Source: a virus. From it: a stretch of 64,000 nt of DNA. The translations under genes and the position numbers were made by a program. Shown here piece after piece: positions 38,288 to 47,653 of the stretch. Location of the stretch: positions 15,764 through 79,763 of IMG/VR virus record IMGVR_UViG_3300030108_004141, one strand, 5' to 3'. The number at the start of each line of letters is the position of its first letter. Positions within the stretch are counted from its first letter, which is position 1. Under the pieces are notes generated by a model. It was given only the letters and a program-made list of their open reading frames with translations. It did not search any database and had not been told where the DNA came from.

Positions 38288-38544
38288 TGTACAAATCACT
38301 AGAAACTACAATCAAAGAATTAAATCTCAAAGAAGATGGACACGATGATGTCGCTTCTATGAAAAATAAAGTTGAGATCGGCTTGAAGGCTTTTGAAAAA
38401 ATGAAAGCTGCATTAGATAAGTTGCCTGATGAGGGTAGCATTCCTACATGGTGGACTAATAAAGTCGCAACGGCTGTTGCTCGCATCGACGATATGTCAG
38501 ATTACCTAGATACGAAAATGAATGGAGAGAAAGATGAGGAATAA
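38287..38544 (+). CDS. Hypothetical protein, putative internal head protein
   Basis: LKE-DGHDDVAS ... PTWWTNKVA motif. Confidence 0.6.
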   Translation: MYKSLETTIKELNLKEDGHDDVASMKNKVEIGLKAFEKMKAALDKLPDEGSIPTWWTNKVATAVARIDDMSDYLDTKMNGEKDEE

Positions 38545-39382
38545 CAAAGATTTCGGTTTGCCTGACAGCTTACTCGATGCTGTTCGTCAGGTCGTAGAAA
38601 AGAAACTAGATCCGGTTGATCCTAAAGAACTCAAAGGGAAACACGCAGATCGCAAGGATAAAGATATCGATAACGATGGTGATGTAGATTCTACTGATAA
38701 GTTTTTACATCGACGTCGGAAAGCTATTACGAAAGCCATAGCGACGAAAGAAGCAATGCAAAAGCCATATGTTTCTTCTGATCGTGATGGTCACCATGTC
38801 ATGACTGGTTCTGGTAAAATTTCAAAGAGCTTTAAAGATACAAAATCTGCAGCTGCTCACCTCAAGAAAAATTTTACTAAACTTCAAAAAGAAGATGTGA
38901 ATGAGGGTTACGAAGATACAGTCATGAAAGCTCTCAAGAAAAAACGTATCGATGGTCGTTTTGACAAAGGAGATCTTTTTGTAAGCAAGCGTGATGTAAA
39001 GGCTGCAAGAGATGCGCTCAAAAGAGACTTCAACATCAAACAGCTTCCAAAAATTGTAGGCGAAGATGATGCTTTGATTGGAGTTGCGAAAAAGCTGAAG
39101 AAAGCTAGTAAAGCACATGCTGGTCAAGCAGATAAAATTATGAAACATGTCAAAGATATGGGCGAGGCAGCTAACCCTGCTCAGCAAGCAGCGATCGCTA
39201 TTGCCATGAAGAAGGCTGGTAAGAAACCTAAGAATGAAGGTGCTATGAAGCGCATGGCAACTGGCGGTGGTATGAAAACTTTCAAACCTAAACCACCTGC
39301 CAAGTCGGAGGAAAAGAAAGGTAAGAAAGATATGATTGATGTCAAGCCATCGATGGAGGCATCAGAACTGCCAAAAAAGTAA
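38534..39382 (+). CDS. Lys-rich multi-module protein, putative internal head protein; possibly extended by -1 frameshift to 39492
   Basis: KLDPV..., DKDIDNDGDVDSTD.FLH.RRKAI, AANPAQQAAIAIAMKKAG modules separated by xxE sites. Confidence 0.7.
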   Translation: MRNNKDFGLPDSLLDAVRQVVEKKLDPVDPKELKGKHADRKDKDIDNDGDVDSTDKFLHRRRKAITKAIATKEAMQKPYVSSDRDGHHVMTGSGKISKSFKDTKSAAAHLKKNFTKLQKEDVNEGYEDTVMKALKKKRIDGRFDKGDLFVSKRDVKAARDALKRDFNIKQLPKIVGEDDALIGVAKKLKKASKAHAGQADKIMKHVKDMGEAANPAQQAAIAIAMKKAGKKPKNEGAMKRMATGGGMKTFKPKPPAKSEEKKGKKDMIDVKPSMEASELPKK

Positions 39383-39492
39383 TAACCAAGGGGCATGAGA
39401 TCGCAAAGAAACTCATAAAGATGAGATCTAAGGTCGATAACCCCTATGCAGTTGGAATGGCAGCTGCGAAAAAGAAGTATGGTTATAAATAG
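39373..39492 (+). other. Candidate -1 programmed frameshift site (A AAA AAG) and 37-aa extension
   Basis: In-phase A_AAA_AAG just before the stop; GGAGG 13 nt upstream; -1 frame VITKGHEIAKKL...NPYAVGMAAAKKKYGYK. Confidence 0.55.
39484..39491 (+). promoter_or_regulatory. T4-type late promoter
   Basis: TATAAATA upstream of the structural gene at 39554. Confidence 0.8.
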
Positions 39493-39553
39493 AGTTAGAA
39501 TTTTGTTATGCCGAGTAGTCGGAACAATTTGACGAAAAGCGAAGGAGAAAAAA

Positions 39554-40270
39554 ATGTCAACTTGGGGATTTGGTCAAGAAAGTAATCAGGTGGCGGCTGG
39601 TGCCAACACGGTTGCTGCTATAATTAAAGGACACCAGCCACACTATCAAGCCGATAACATGGCTTCGAAACGTAACGTAATCGCAACTTCCGCTGGTTGG
39701 GTTCGTAGAACTCACGGAACTGGTGGCAGAGCTAATCGCGCATTTGATGAAATCATTGTCGCAGCTAATCCAACTGGTAGTGATGATTATCCTTCCAGTG
39801 CTTCACACATGGGCAAGCCTGATATCGCTCAGGTTTATGTTAAGCTGAATGCGAATGGCTTTATCGCTGCTAATACGGTTGCGAATCTATATGTTGTGTT
39901 TAACACACCGATGAAGTTCAGGGCGAACACCTCGTCTGCTGCGAGTAATAACGCTATCATCAATCTAGCTAATACGATCGGCGGTAACGCAGCTGTTGCT
40001 ATTGCTAACAACAGTGTAACGATCGATAATGCTAACAACACTATCGTATTTAAGCTGGGCAATCTACAGGGCGGCACTGGTAATGCTAAAGCTACATATG
40101 CCATTGAGTCCAATGTAATCATGTCCGGAATGTCACTATATAATCCTGACGTTGGTATTACAGCGGCAGCGAACCTAGTGATCACTGGTGGTGTTGCTAA
40201 CAACTTGCTTGATGGTAACGGCAATCGCATTACTACGTTCCAGGTTGCGCGCCCAGCTGGACAAACTTAA
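39554..40270 (+). CDS. Putative virion structural protein (Ala/Asn/Thr/Gly-rich)
   Basis: MSTWG..., AT.AGWV.R motif; late promoter; strong SD. Confidence 0.6.
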   Translation: MSTWGFGQESNQVAAGANTVAAIIKGHQPHYQADNMASKRNVIATSAGWVRRTHGTGGRANRAFDEIIVAANPTGSDDYPSSASHMGKPDIAQVYVKLNANGFIAANTVANLYVVFNTPMKFRANTSSAASNNAIINLANTIGGNAAVAIANNSVTIDNANNTIVFKLGNLQGGTGNAKATYAIESNVIMSGMSLYNPDVGITAAANLVITGGVANNLLDGNGNRITTFQVARPAGQT

Positions 40271-40286
40271 TTTGAAAGGTTAAGTC

Positions 40287-40670
40287 ATGGCAGATAAGAA
40301 AGTAACACAGCTCACTGAGCTAACAACGACGAATGATGAAGATCAGTTGTTGATTGTTGACGATCCGAATGGGACACCTGCTTCCAAACGAATCAATGTG
40401 AAGAACTTCTTTTCTACCGTTCCAGCAAATACATCGTTCACGGCGAACGTGACTGTTTCAGGAAATAAGGTTCTTTTGGCTTCTAACTTGGTTACCACGA
40501 AGGCTACGACTGTTAACACTATGATTACCACGTTGAAGTCAAACCCTTCGTCCAATAACACAGCCACTGAATCTTTGAGTGTAGGACAGATGTTCTTTTC
40601 GAATACACATTTGTACATTTGTGTAAATGCAACGAGTATCAAGAGGGTAGCGTTATCGACCTTCTCGTAA
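40287..40670 (+). CDS. Putative virion structural / fibre-associated protein
   Basis: MADKKVTQLTEL N-terminus; G......THLYICV...IKRVALSTF C-terminus. Confidence 0.6.
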   Translation: MADKKVTQLTELTTTNDEDQLLIVDDPNGTPASKRINVKNFFSTVPANTSFTANVTVSGNKVLLASNLVTTKATTVNTMITTLKSNPSSNNTATESLSVGQMFFSNTHLYICVNATSIKRVALSTFS

Positions 40671-40686
40671 GTTAGGTTTCTAGAGT

Positions 40687-41073
40687 ATGTTTGATTATGT
40701 TAGTGACAAGAACTTCATGATGTTTGCGATACAGGGATATGATAATCCGATGTGCTCTTCGGAAGAAGAGTTTCAAGAGGATCTGACAAGGATTAGAAGC
40801 ATCAGTCGTTCGTTTTCTCGTTACCGAAAGACGGGCGAGATAAATGAAAGGCTGGTGCTTAATCATTTGATCATATTGTATAATGTGTTTGAGGGTGAGT
40901 CATTGACTAAGATGCTAGTGTTTAAGTTACAAAGTTATCTCGAGTATCTTAAACCATTTTTGATGTTGATCGCTCGTTGGCCAGAATATATTGACGGTGT
41001 TTTTGAGGATGTACTAATAGGAACTGATATTTCTATGGATATGAAATTAGTTGAAAGGCTTAGAAAGATATGA
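40687..41073 (+). CDS. Conserved T4-like hypothetical protein
   Basis: NF..FA...YDNP.C...EEF.EDL, ERLVLNHLIILYNVF. Confidence 0.7.
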   Translation: MFDYVSDKNFMMFAIQGYDNPMCSSEEEFQEDLTRIRSISRSFSRYRKTGEINERLVLNHLIILYNVFEGESLTKMLVFKLQSYLEYLKPFLMLIARWPEYIDGVFEDVLIGTDISMDMKLVERLRKI

Positions 41074-41273
41074 GACAAAATATGATAGATGCACTAAAGG
41101 CTCATGCGTTAGGTAATATTGAAAAACATAAAATGAATGTTGAGGTGTATCTTACTAATCCAGTTGGGATAGGTGAGCATCCAGATGTTATGGAGGCTAT
41201 GGAAAAAGAAATCGATTGTATTTCACATTATCATGATAGACTCGAAATGATAGAGAAGTACATAGAAAACTAG
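41070..41273 (+). CDS. Conserved small hypothetical protein
   Basis: H.MNVEVYL.NPVGIGEHPD motif. Confidence 0.65.
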   Translation: MRQNMIDALKAHALGNIEKHKMNVEVYLTNPVGIGEHPDVMEAMEKEIDCISHYHDRLEMIEKYIEN

Positions 41274-41283
41274 GAGATGCCGT

Positions 41284-41853
41284 ATGGCAAAAGGAGTCGT
41301 AGATCTATTCCTGATTTATCAGTTTATCAAGAGGTTGGTCACACCGTTTGATAAATGGGATGCTTACAAAGCTGGTGTCATAGATAAAGATGGCAAAGTT
41401 ATATTGCCGAAGAAAGATCGCACACCCGAGCAGAATAAATCTTGGGGATACTACGATATCATGATTGCCAATCTTAAAAAATTACTGGCAAAAGTTCCTG
41501 GGGGCAGAACTCGTTTAGCATCTTATGCTGCTGCCCTACTATTACTGCGCGAGCAAGATGAGCGGTTTCTAAACGATGCAGCATATCTCTACGAAGAGCT
41601 AGAAAAAGAAATGAAGATGCTCAGGGAAAACTCGAGCAAAGATTTTTCAGATCTCCGTACCATGATGGAGGATGCGCCTGCTAATGCAACTGGCGCAGCT
41701 GTCGCCGGAACAGGAGATGATCCTGTTCATTGGTCGAGAAGGCAACCGAAAATAGGTATAAAAGGTAGAAACAAAAAATATGGTCAGGGATTTGATGTAG
41801 ATGCTTTCTTGAAGCGAAGAAAGAGAGAGCAAGCGAAAAAGGCAATGAAATGA
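41284..41853 (+). CDS. Conserved T4-like hypothetical protein
   Basis: Y.FIK.LVTPF..W.AY..G.ID..G, NLKKLL, SYAAAL.LL, EDAPAN. Confidence 0.7.
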   Translation: MAKGVVDLFLIYQFIKRLVTPFDKWDAYKAGVIDKDGKVILPKKDRTPEQNKSWGYYDIMIANLKKLLAKVPGGRTRLASYAAALLLLREQDERFLNDAAYLYEELEKEMKMLRENSSKDFSDLRTMMEDAPANATGAAVAGTGDDPVHWSRRQPKIGIKGRNKKYGQGFDVDAFLKRRKREQAKKAMK

Positions 41854-42329
41854 TAAAAGTATATCTCGCTCTTATGGTTATCGGTATTCTCGGCGCGGCA
41901 GCTTGGGGTGCCAAATACTATTACGATAGCACTCAGGCTCGGATCAGCCAGCTCGTTGCTAATAATGCAACACTCGAGGAGGCAACGAAGCAGCAACAAG
42001 AAACGATCAACATCATGATTGAAGATAGAGAGCGGTTTGAAAAAATAAATAAAGAGTTACAAGGAAAGCTACAAACAGCAGAGCGGTACGGAGATCAGCT
42101 TCGTAATACTTTGCGGAAACACAATTTAACGCATCTGGCTAATAAGAAGCCAGGAATGATAGAAAAGAGGATGCAAAATGCGACTGATAGGTTATGGGGC
42201 TGTCTTTATGATATCACTGACCCTGATGGGATGTTCGCTAATGCCGGAACCGAAAGTCCTTACTGTAACAAAAACAGTAAGAACCGAGGTGCCAATAGTC
42301 CAGCACCCGAAGGCAGTCCAGCTAAATGA
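41850..42329 (+). CDS. Putative i-spanin (Rz-like)
   Basis: N-terminal TM segment plus long coiled coil; 3' end overlaps a lipoprotein gene. Confidence 0.6.
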   Translation: MIKVYLALMVIGILGAAAWGAKYYYDSTQARISQLVANNATLEEATKQQQETINIMIEDRERFEKINKELQGKLQTAERYGDQLRNTLRKHNLTHLANKKPGMIEKRMQNATDRLWGCLYDITDPDGMFANAGTESPYCNKNSKNRGANSPAPEGSPAK

Positions 42330-42573
42330 TATCAAGATCTATGTAGTAAACAAAAGCAACTACGAAGATTTTATTAAGGCATACGAAAAGAAAAATGGTG
42401 GAGACTCATACATTGCCATATCGGTCAAGGATTATGAAAATCTATCGCTAAACTTTGCAGAACTGAGACGGTATATAGAACAACAAAAACAAATTATCGT
42501 CTATTATGAGGAAGCAGTTAAACCTGAGGAGAAGAAAGATGGCAGAGGAGGAGACGAAGGAGGTAAAAAGTAA
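42178..42573 (+). CDS. Putative o-spanin lipoprotein (Rz1-like)
   Basis: Lipobox LMGC, Pro-rich N-region, 152-nt out-of-frame overlap with the upstream gene. Confidence 0.6.
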   Translation: MRLIGYGAVFMISLTLMGCSLMPEPKVLTVTKTVRTEVPIVQHPKAVQLNDIKIYVVNKSNYEDFIKAYEKKNGGDSYIAISVKDYENLSLNFAELRRYIEQQKQIIVYYEEAVKPEEKKDGRGGDEGGKK

Positions 42574-42880
42574 TCATCACCCAGCCGATACAAACGGTGA
42601 TGGTGTCGTTGATCCCGTAGAACATCAGATGTATCTCGAGTTCAAAAGAAAAGAACTTGAAGATGCTGATGCGATGCGAGATGCGCAGCGAACTATGGCT
42701 TGGTTCTCTCTGGGTGGTATGCTACTATATCCTGCGATAGTTTTGTTAGCATCAATATTCAATATCGATCAGGCAGCGAAGATCCTAGGTGACATGGCTG
42801 GTGTTTACTTTATAGCTGTCGCTGGTATCGTAGCTGCGTTCTTTGGTGCACAGGCTTTGACGAAACCGAAAAAGAAGTGA
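42539..42880 (+). CDS. Two-TM membrane protein with EF-hand-like loop (holin candidate)
   Basis: DTNGDGVVDPVE, two hydrophobic segments, basic C-tail. Confidence 0.5.
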   Translation: MAEEETKEVKSNHHPADTNGDGVVDPVEHQMYLEFKRKELEDADAMRDAQRTMAWFSLGGMLLYPAIVLLASIFNIDQAAKILGDMAGVYFIAVAGIVAAFFGAQALTKPKKK

Positions 42881-42888
42881 GAATTTAA

Positions 42889-43353
42889 ATGTTAGAAGAT
42901 AAAGGTAAGTTCAACGGTAAAATTAACGCCGAGTTCACACCACCTAAAACTTGGGTTCTTAACAAGGCACTTTCTTTCACTCCAGATGATATTTCATCTG
43001 CAGATATCGATTTATTGAAAGAGGTCGGTGTTAATATAAGTGATACAGGAAAGATAACATGTAAGAAAGGTATGCATACAGATCTAGCCTCTGTCCCTCG
43101 TGCATGTTGGGCTTTTATTTCCCCTTGGGATGTTGCCCGAGCAGCTGTGATTCATGATCATCTTTATGCTGCCTTGCGTGATTATTCCAGTAAGGAGGAC
43201 TACGACATAAACAAGTGGGGTATGGCACGTGGGTTGGCTGATGATATATTTCTGATGGGTATGAACTCCGCAGAGCCTTCGGTTCCTTGTTGGAAAAAGT
43301 TTTTCTGCTATTACTCGGTTCGTATCTGTGGAGGTGGACCAGCCTCAGGATAA
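42889..43353 (+). CDS. DUF1353-like protein
   Basis: G..TDLASVPR..W, AAVIHDHLY, AD.IF..GM, Y.SVR..G. Confidence 0.75.
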   Translation: MLEDKGKFNGKINAEFTPPKTWVLNKALSFTPDDISSADIDLLKEVGVNISDTGKITCKKGMHTDLASVPRACWAFISPWDVARAAVIHDHLYAALRDYSSKEDYDINKWGMARGLADDIFLMGMNSAEPSVPCWKKFFCYYSVRICGGGPASG

Positions 43354-43571
43354 TGTTTATGAATTTTAAACACCTCAAGGAAACGAAGAATACATACTTC
43401 ACGCACTTTCAGTTTGCATTCCCCGAGGCATTGTGGGCATTTTGTATAAGCATCATCATGTTCATTCATGCATTCTTTCCGTTTCTATTTTGGAATGGGA
43501 ACTTTGATAGATATGTAAGAGACGCTGTTAAAAGACTTAACATAGATCAAGAAAGATGGAAAGATGGTTGA
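43353..43571 (+). CDS. Small membrane-associated hypothetical protein
   Basis: HL.E...TYF.H..FA ... IHAFFPFLF motif. Confidence 0.65.
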   Translation: MFMNFKHLKETKNTYFTHFQFAFPEALWAFCISIIMFIHAFFPFLFWNGNFDRYVRDAVKRLNIDQERWKDG

Positions 43572-43944
43572 CGGAATCCGCACCGATGTTGAAATCTTAA
43601 AAAGAGATATGGAGATGATAGCAAGTCTCGCTGGGAAGTTTGACGTTGCGATAGATAAACTTTCCGCAGTGAGTGTTACTGTTGATAAGATGCTTGCTGT
43701 TCATGAAACTCGTTTACAAAACAATGAGCAACAGCGTGAAATACTTCATCAGCGTATCAGTGATATGAAAAAAGAAATCACCGAAGAGTTCAAATCACTT
43801 AAAGAAGAAAATCGTAAACAACACTCTCAAACTAATGAGCGTCTAGAAAAGTTAGAACGCTGGCGTTGGTTTGTTGTTGGCGTCGCCACGGTGATTGGTT
43901 TTTCTCTTGCACAAATGGAGTCTTTGGGAAGAATATTCGGATAG
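43564..43944 (+). CDS. Coiled-coil protein with C-terminal TM
   Basis: AIDKL, MLAVHE.RL, LH.RI, LERWRW+TM; typical position before gp61. Confidence 0.7.
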   Translation: MVDGIRTDVEILKRDMEMIASLAGKFDVAIDKLSAVSVTVDKMLAVHETRLQNNEQQREILHQRISDMKKEITEEFKSLKEENRKQHSQTNERLEKLERWRWFVVGVATVIGFSLAQMESLGRIFG

Positions 43945-43977
43945 TCCCTTTTATTTTGACATCTTTAGCTATATAAT
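43945..43977 (+). promoter_or_regulatory. Sigma70-like promoter, TCC(C/A) family (likely leaderless gp61)
   Basis: TCCC-TTTTAT-N17-TATAAT; ATG 43984 6 nt after the -10. Confidence 0.65.
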
Positions 43978-43983
43978 GATTTG

Positions 43984-45000
43984 ATGATGACACTTCAGGT
44001 TGACCATAAGTATATTGGCATGATCTCGACCCAGCTGCTCCAGTTTAAGCGGAAGGGTGATAGGCTTTATAATTTTCGCTGCCCTTTCTGTGGCGACTCT
44101 CAAAAAAATAAATTCAAAGCACGTGGCTATATGTTTGAGCACAAGGGCACGCTCGTATACAAATGCCATAACTGTGATATCAGTGCCTCACTTTATAAAC
44201 TCTTAGATTTCGTTGATACTAATGTCGCACGTGCCTATCGTTTAGAAACATTCGCGAATCGTGAACACACAGCTAACACAGTCGATGAGTTCATTATCAA
44301 AAATGATAAGAGTCCTGTAGTATCGACTAAACCCAAACTCGAGCTAGATTTACCACGTATCACCGATCTCCTTGACACACATCGAGCAGTTCAATATCTA
44401 AAAGGTCGCAAAGTTCCCGAGGATAGATTCGGTGACATGTTCTATGCGAAAAATATGAAAGAGCTCGAAAAACTGAATCCTCTTTACAAAGATAGATTGA
44501 TAGCCGATGAGCGCATCATCATTCCCTTTCGTGACATGACTGGTAATATTGTCGGTGTCACTGGTAGAGCTATGGGTAACTCGAATCTTCGTTATGTTAC
44601 CATACGTGTCGAGCAAGATAAACCTCTGGTCTATGGGTTAGATCGCATCGATTACACAAAACAAATCTTTGTTGTCGAGGGTCAGTTTGACAGTATGTTT
44701 GTAGATAACTGTATCGCTCCTGGTGGCACAGACTTTAATCGTGCTGTGTATTCTCTGCCGAAAGAGCAAGTGACTTTGGTCCTAGATAATCAACCGAGGA
44801 ACAAACAAGTCGTTAAGAAGGTTGAGTCATTTTGTCAGAAAGGATATAATTTAGTTATATGGCCAGCAACATGGAAATACAAGGATATCAACGACGGGAT
44901 AGTAGCAGGAATGAGCCGTCGGGAAATAATGGGCATACTAAATACAAACACCCACACGGGATTAAAACTGAAACTAGCAATAAGGGATTGGAAAAGATGA
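43984..45000 (+). CDS. gp61: DNA primase
   Basis: NFRCPFCGDS...KARG...CHNC zinc finger, VVEGQFDS, DNQPRN, KDIND. Confidence 0.95.
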   Translation: MMTLQVDHKYIGMISTQLLQFKRKGDRLYNFRCPFCGDSQKNKFKARGYMFEHKGTLVYKCHNCDISASLYKLLDFVDTNVARAYRLETFANREHTANTVDEFIIKNDKSPVVSTKPKLELDLPRITDLLDTHRAVQYLKGRKVPEDRFGDMFYAKNMKELEKLNPLYKDRLIADERIIIPFRDMTGNIVGVTGRAMGNSNLRYVTIRVEQDKPLVYGLDRIDYTKQIFVVEGQFDSMFVDNCIAPGGTDFNRAVYSLPKEQVTLVLDNQPRNKQVVKKVESFCQKGYNLVIWPATWKYKDINDGIVAGMSRREIMGILNTNTHTGLKLKLAIRDWKR

Positions 45001-45695
45001 TACAATCTGTCCGTTTGGTTTCATTTTCGAAACCATCGGAAGATTTTTCTGAGGATTTGAATGATTGTCAAGACCTTATATCATTTTGCGCAAGGGTATC
45101 TAATCCTAGCAACCAATTAAATACTGAAACCACGGAAAAACTTCTAAGGTACATGATCAAGTACAAACACTGGTCACCCTTTGAAATGGCGAGTGCGTGT
45201 TTAGAAATTACTACAACGAGAGATATCGCTCGTCAAATATTGCGACATCGCTCGTTTTCGTTTCAAGAGTTCAGCCAAAGATATGCCGATCCTGTGAAAG
45301 AACTTGAGTTCACGACGAGAGAGGCACGTTTACAAGATTCTAAAAATCGGCAAAATAGTATTGAAATAGAAAATGATCCATCGATTCAAGATGATCCTGC
45401 GAAGCAAGAGTTGATATCTGAGTGGAACCGGAAGCAAGCTGGTATCACCAAACTCGCAACTCAAGCATATCAATGGGCGATTGAAAATAATATAGCGAAG
45501 GAACAAGCGAGAGCTGTGTTGCCAGAGGGACTCACTGTTTCTAGGATGTACATGAATGGAACACTAAGATCTTGGATACACTATATAGAACTACGAACAG
45601 AAGCAGGGACTCAGAAAGAACACCGGATTATAGCTGAAAAATGTGGTGTCGTCATATCGAAGATCCTACCTCTGATCACTGAGTTTCAAAATTAA
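44997..45695 (+). CDS. thyX: Flavin-dependent thymidylate synthase
   Basis: ARVS, HWSPFE, RQILRHRSFSFQEFSQRY, KEQARAVLP, TQKEH. Confidence 0.96.
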   Translation: MIQSVRLVSFSKPSEDFSEDLNDCQDLISFCARVSNPSNQLNTETTEKLLRYMIKYKHWSPFEMASACLEITTTRDIARQILRHRSFSFQEFSQRYADPVKELEFTTREARLQDSKNRQNSIEIENDPSIQDDPAKQELISEWNRKQAGITKLATQAYQWAIENNIAKEQARAVLPEGLTVSRMYMNGTLRSWIHYIELRTEAGTQKEHRIIAEKCGVVISKILPLITEFQN

Positions 45696-45715
45696 ATCCT
45701 TCGGAGAAATAAAAT

Positions 45716-47488
45716 ATGGCGCGAAAACGAGAGCATCTTGGTATTACTATTGATCTTTCCAGGGAAAAAGACCTATCTGAGTTTGCTATAAGTTTGTTGA
45801 AAGAATACTATTGTCGGAAAGATGAAAAGAACTGTCAAGAGGCATTCGCTCGTGCTGCTGTCGCATATTGCGATGGCGATATGAATCTAGCGCAACGCAT
45901 TTATGATTATGCATCACAGGGCTGGTTTATGTATTCCAGCCCTGTTTTGTCTAATGCAGTTTTACCAGACGAAAAAGTAAAGGCTCTTCCGATATCTTGT
46001 TTCCTGACATATGTTCCCGACACACTTGAAGGTTTGATCGATCACACAGCTGAGTTGCGTTGGCTATCAGTAAAGGGTGGTGGTGTTGGCGGTCACTGGT
46101 CCGACGTCCGCTCCGTGAGTAATATCGCTCCAGGTCCGATACCATTTTTACACACAGTCGACTCAGACATGACTGCGTATCGGCAAGGTAAAACTCGCAA
46201 GGGTTCATACGCAGCATATCTCGATATCTCACATCCTGATATCATAGAGTTTCTTTCTATCCGCGTTCCGACTGGTGACGTCAATAGAAAATGTCTCAAT
46301 CTCAACCACGCTGTAAATATCACAGATGATTTTATGCGGGCTGTTGAAAACGATGATGATTGGAATCTTGTTGATCCGAACGATAATAAGCCACGCGAAA
46401 CAATGAAGGCTCGTAAGCTCTGGGAAAATCTTCTAGAAGTGCGCTATCGCACAGGAGAACCATACCTTAACTTTATCGACACAGCGAACCGTTATCTTCC
46501 CGAAACTCAAAAGAAACTCGGACTCAAGATTAACGGTTCAAATCTTTGTAACGAGATCCATCTTGTAACAGATAAAGATCGCACTGCAGTTTGCTGCCTG
46601 TCCTCTGTTAACATAGAAAAGTTCGATGAGTGGAAACAATCAACGATGGTGCGTGATCTTATTCGTTTCCTCGATAATGTGTTACAAGTTTTCATAGACA
46701 ACGCACCCGATACTATTTCCCGCGCAAGGTTTTCTGCAGAGCGTGAGCGGTCTCTCGGTTTGGGTGCTATGGGTTTACATTCTTACTTCCAAAAGTGTGA
46801 GGCATCATTTGAAAGTGAGCATGCCTCCGAACTCAATAAACGTATCTTCCAGCATATCAAGCAAGAGGCTGTAGCAGAAACGAAAAAGATCGCGAAAGAA
46901 AAAGGCGAAGCACCAGACATGGTCGGTTCTGGTTTCCGCAACGCACACTTACTTGCTATCGCACCAAACGCAAACAGTGGTGTTATCGCTGGCACTTCAC
47001 CATCTATCGAGCCGAGTAAAGCAAACGCATATACACATCGCACACGTGTAGGATCATATTTGGTGAAAAATAGATATCTTGAAAAACTACTCAAAGATAT
47101 CGGTCAAGATACACAAGACACTTGGAGCAGTATTATAACTAATGGTGGATCGGTACAGCATCTTGATTTCCTAAACTCACATCAGAAGCGTGTGTTTGCT
47201 ACAGCGAATGAAATACCGCAGATAGCTTTGGTGAGACAAGCTGCTGATCGTCAGAAGTATATTTGTCAGGGACAATCCCTGAATCTATTTTTCCCAGCTG
47301 GTGCTAATAAAGGCGAGCTTTCTAAAGTTCACTACATGGCTTGGAAGCTGGGATGCAAAGGTTTGTATTATTTACGAACAGAAACTTCAAACCGTGCAGA
47401 AAACGTATCAAAGAAAGTTGAGAGAGACCGTTTGATGGATGGTGTAGAAGTTGAGTCTCAAGAAGAATGTGTAGCATGTCAAGGATGA
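45716..47488 (+). CDS. nrdA: Ribonucleotide reductase class Ia alpha subunit (no ATP cone)
   Basis: SCFL, GGGVG, SNLCNEI, AVCCLSS, IAPNANS, KGLYYLR, C-terminal CVACQG. Confidence 0.96.
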   Translation: MARKREHLGITIDLSREKDLSEFAISLLKEYYCRKDEKNCQEAFARAAVAYCDGDMNLAQRIYDYASQGWFMYSSPVLSNAVLPDEKVKALPISCFLTYVPDTLEGLIDHTAELRWLSVKGGGVGGHWSDVRSVSNIAPGPIPFLHTVDSDMTAYRQGKTRKGSYAAYLDISHPDIIEFLSIRVPTGDVNRKCLNLNHAVNITDDFMRAVENDDDWNLVDPNDNKPRETMKARKLWENLLEVRYRTGEPYLNFIDTANRYLPETQKKLGLKINGSNLCNEIHLVTDKDRTAVCCLSSVNIEKFDEWKQSTMVRDLIRFLDNVLQVFIDNAPDTISRARFSAERERSLGLGAMGLHSYFQKCEASFESEHASELNKRIFQHIKQEAVAETKKIAKEKGEAPDMVGSGFRNAHLLAIAPNANSGVIAGTSPSIEPSKANAYTHRTRVGSYLVKNRYLEKLLKDIGQDTQDTWSSIITNGGSVQHLDFLNSHQKRVFATANEIPQIALVRQAADRQKYICQGQSLNLFFPAGANKGELSKVHYMAWKLGCKGLYYLRTETSNRAENVSKKVERDRLMDGVEVESQEECVACQG

Positions 47489-47500
47489 TGGAGATATAAC

Positions 47501-47653
47501 ATGGCAAAGAAATCTAAAACAGTTTCAGTAACTGTTCATGAGTCGATACCGAAGAAAACCAGTATCGGCGGCAATCACTCGATGATCAAAACATCATCGA
47601 TGAATAAGAGTAAACGCAGATCATACAAAAAATATAGGGGGCAAGGGAGATAA
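47501..47653 (+). CDS. Small basic protein (50 aa, not in ORF track)
   Basis: SD GGAG; MAKKSK...KKTSIG...MNKSKRRSYKKYRGQGR, a C-terminal motif recurrent in T4-like phages. Confidence 0.7.
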   Translation: MAKKSKTVSVTVHESIPKKTSIGGNHSMIKTSSMNKSKRRSYKKYRGQGR

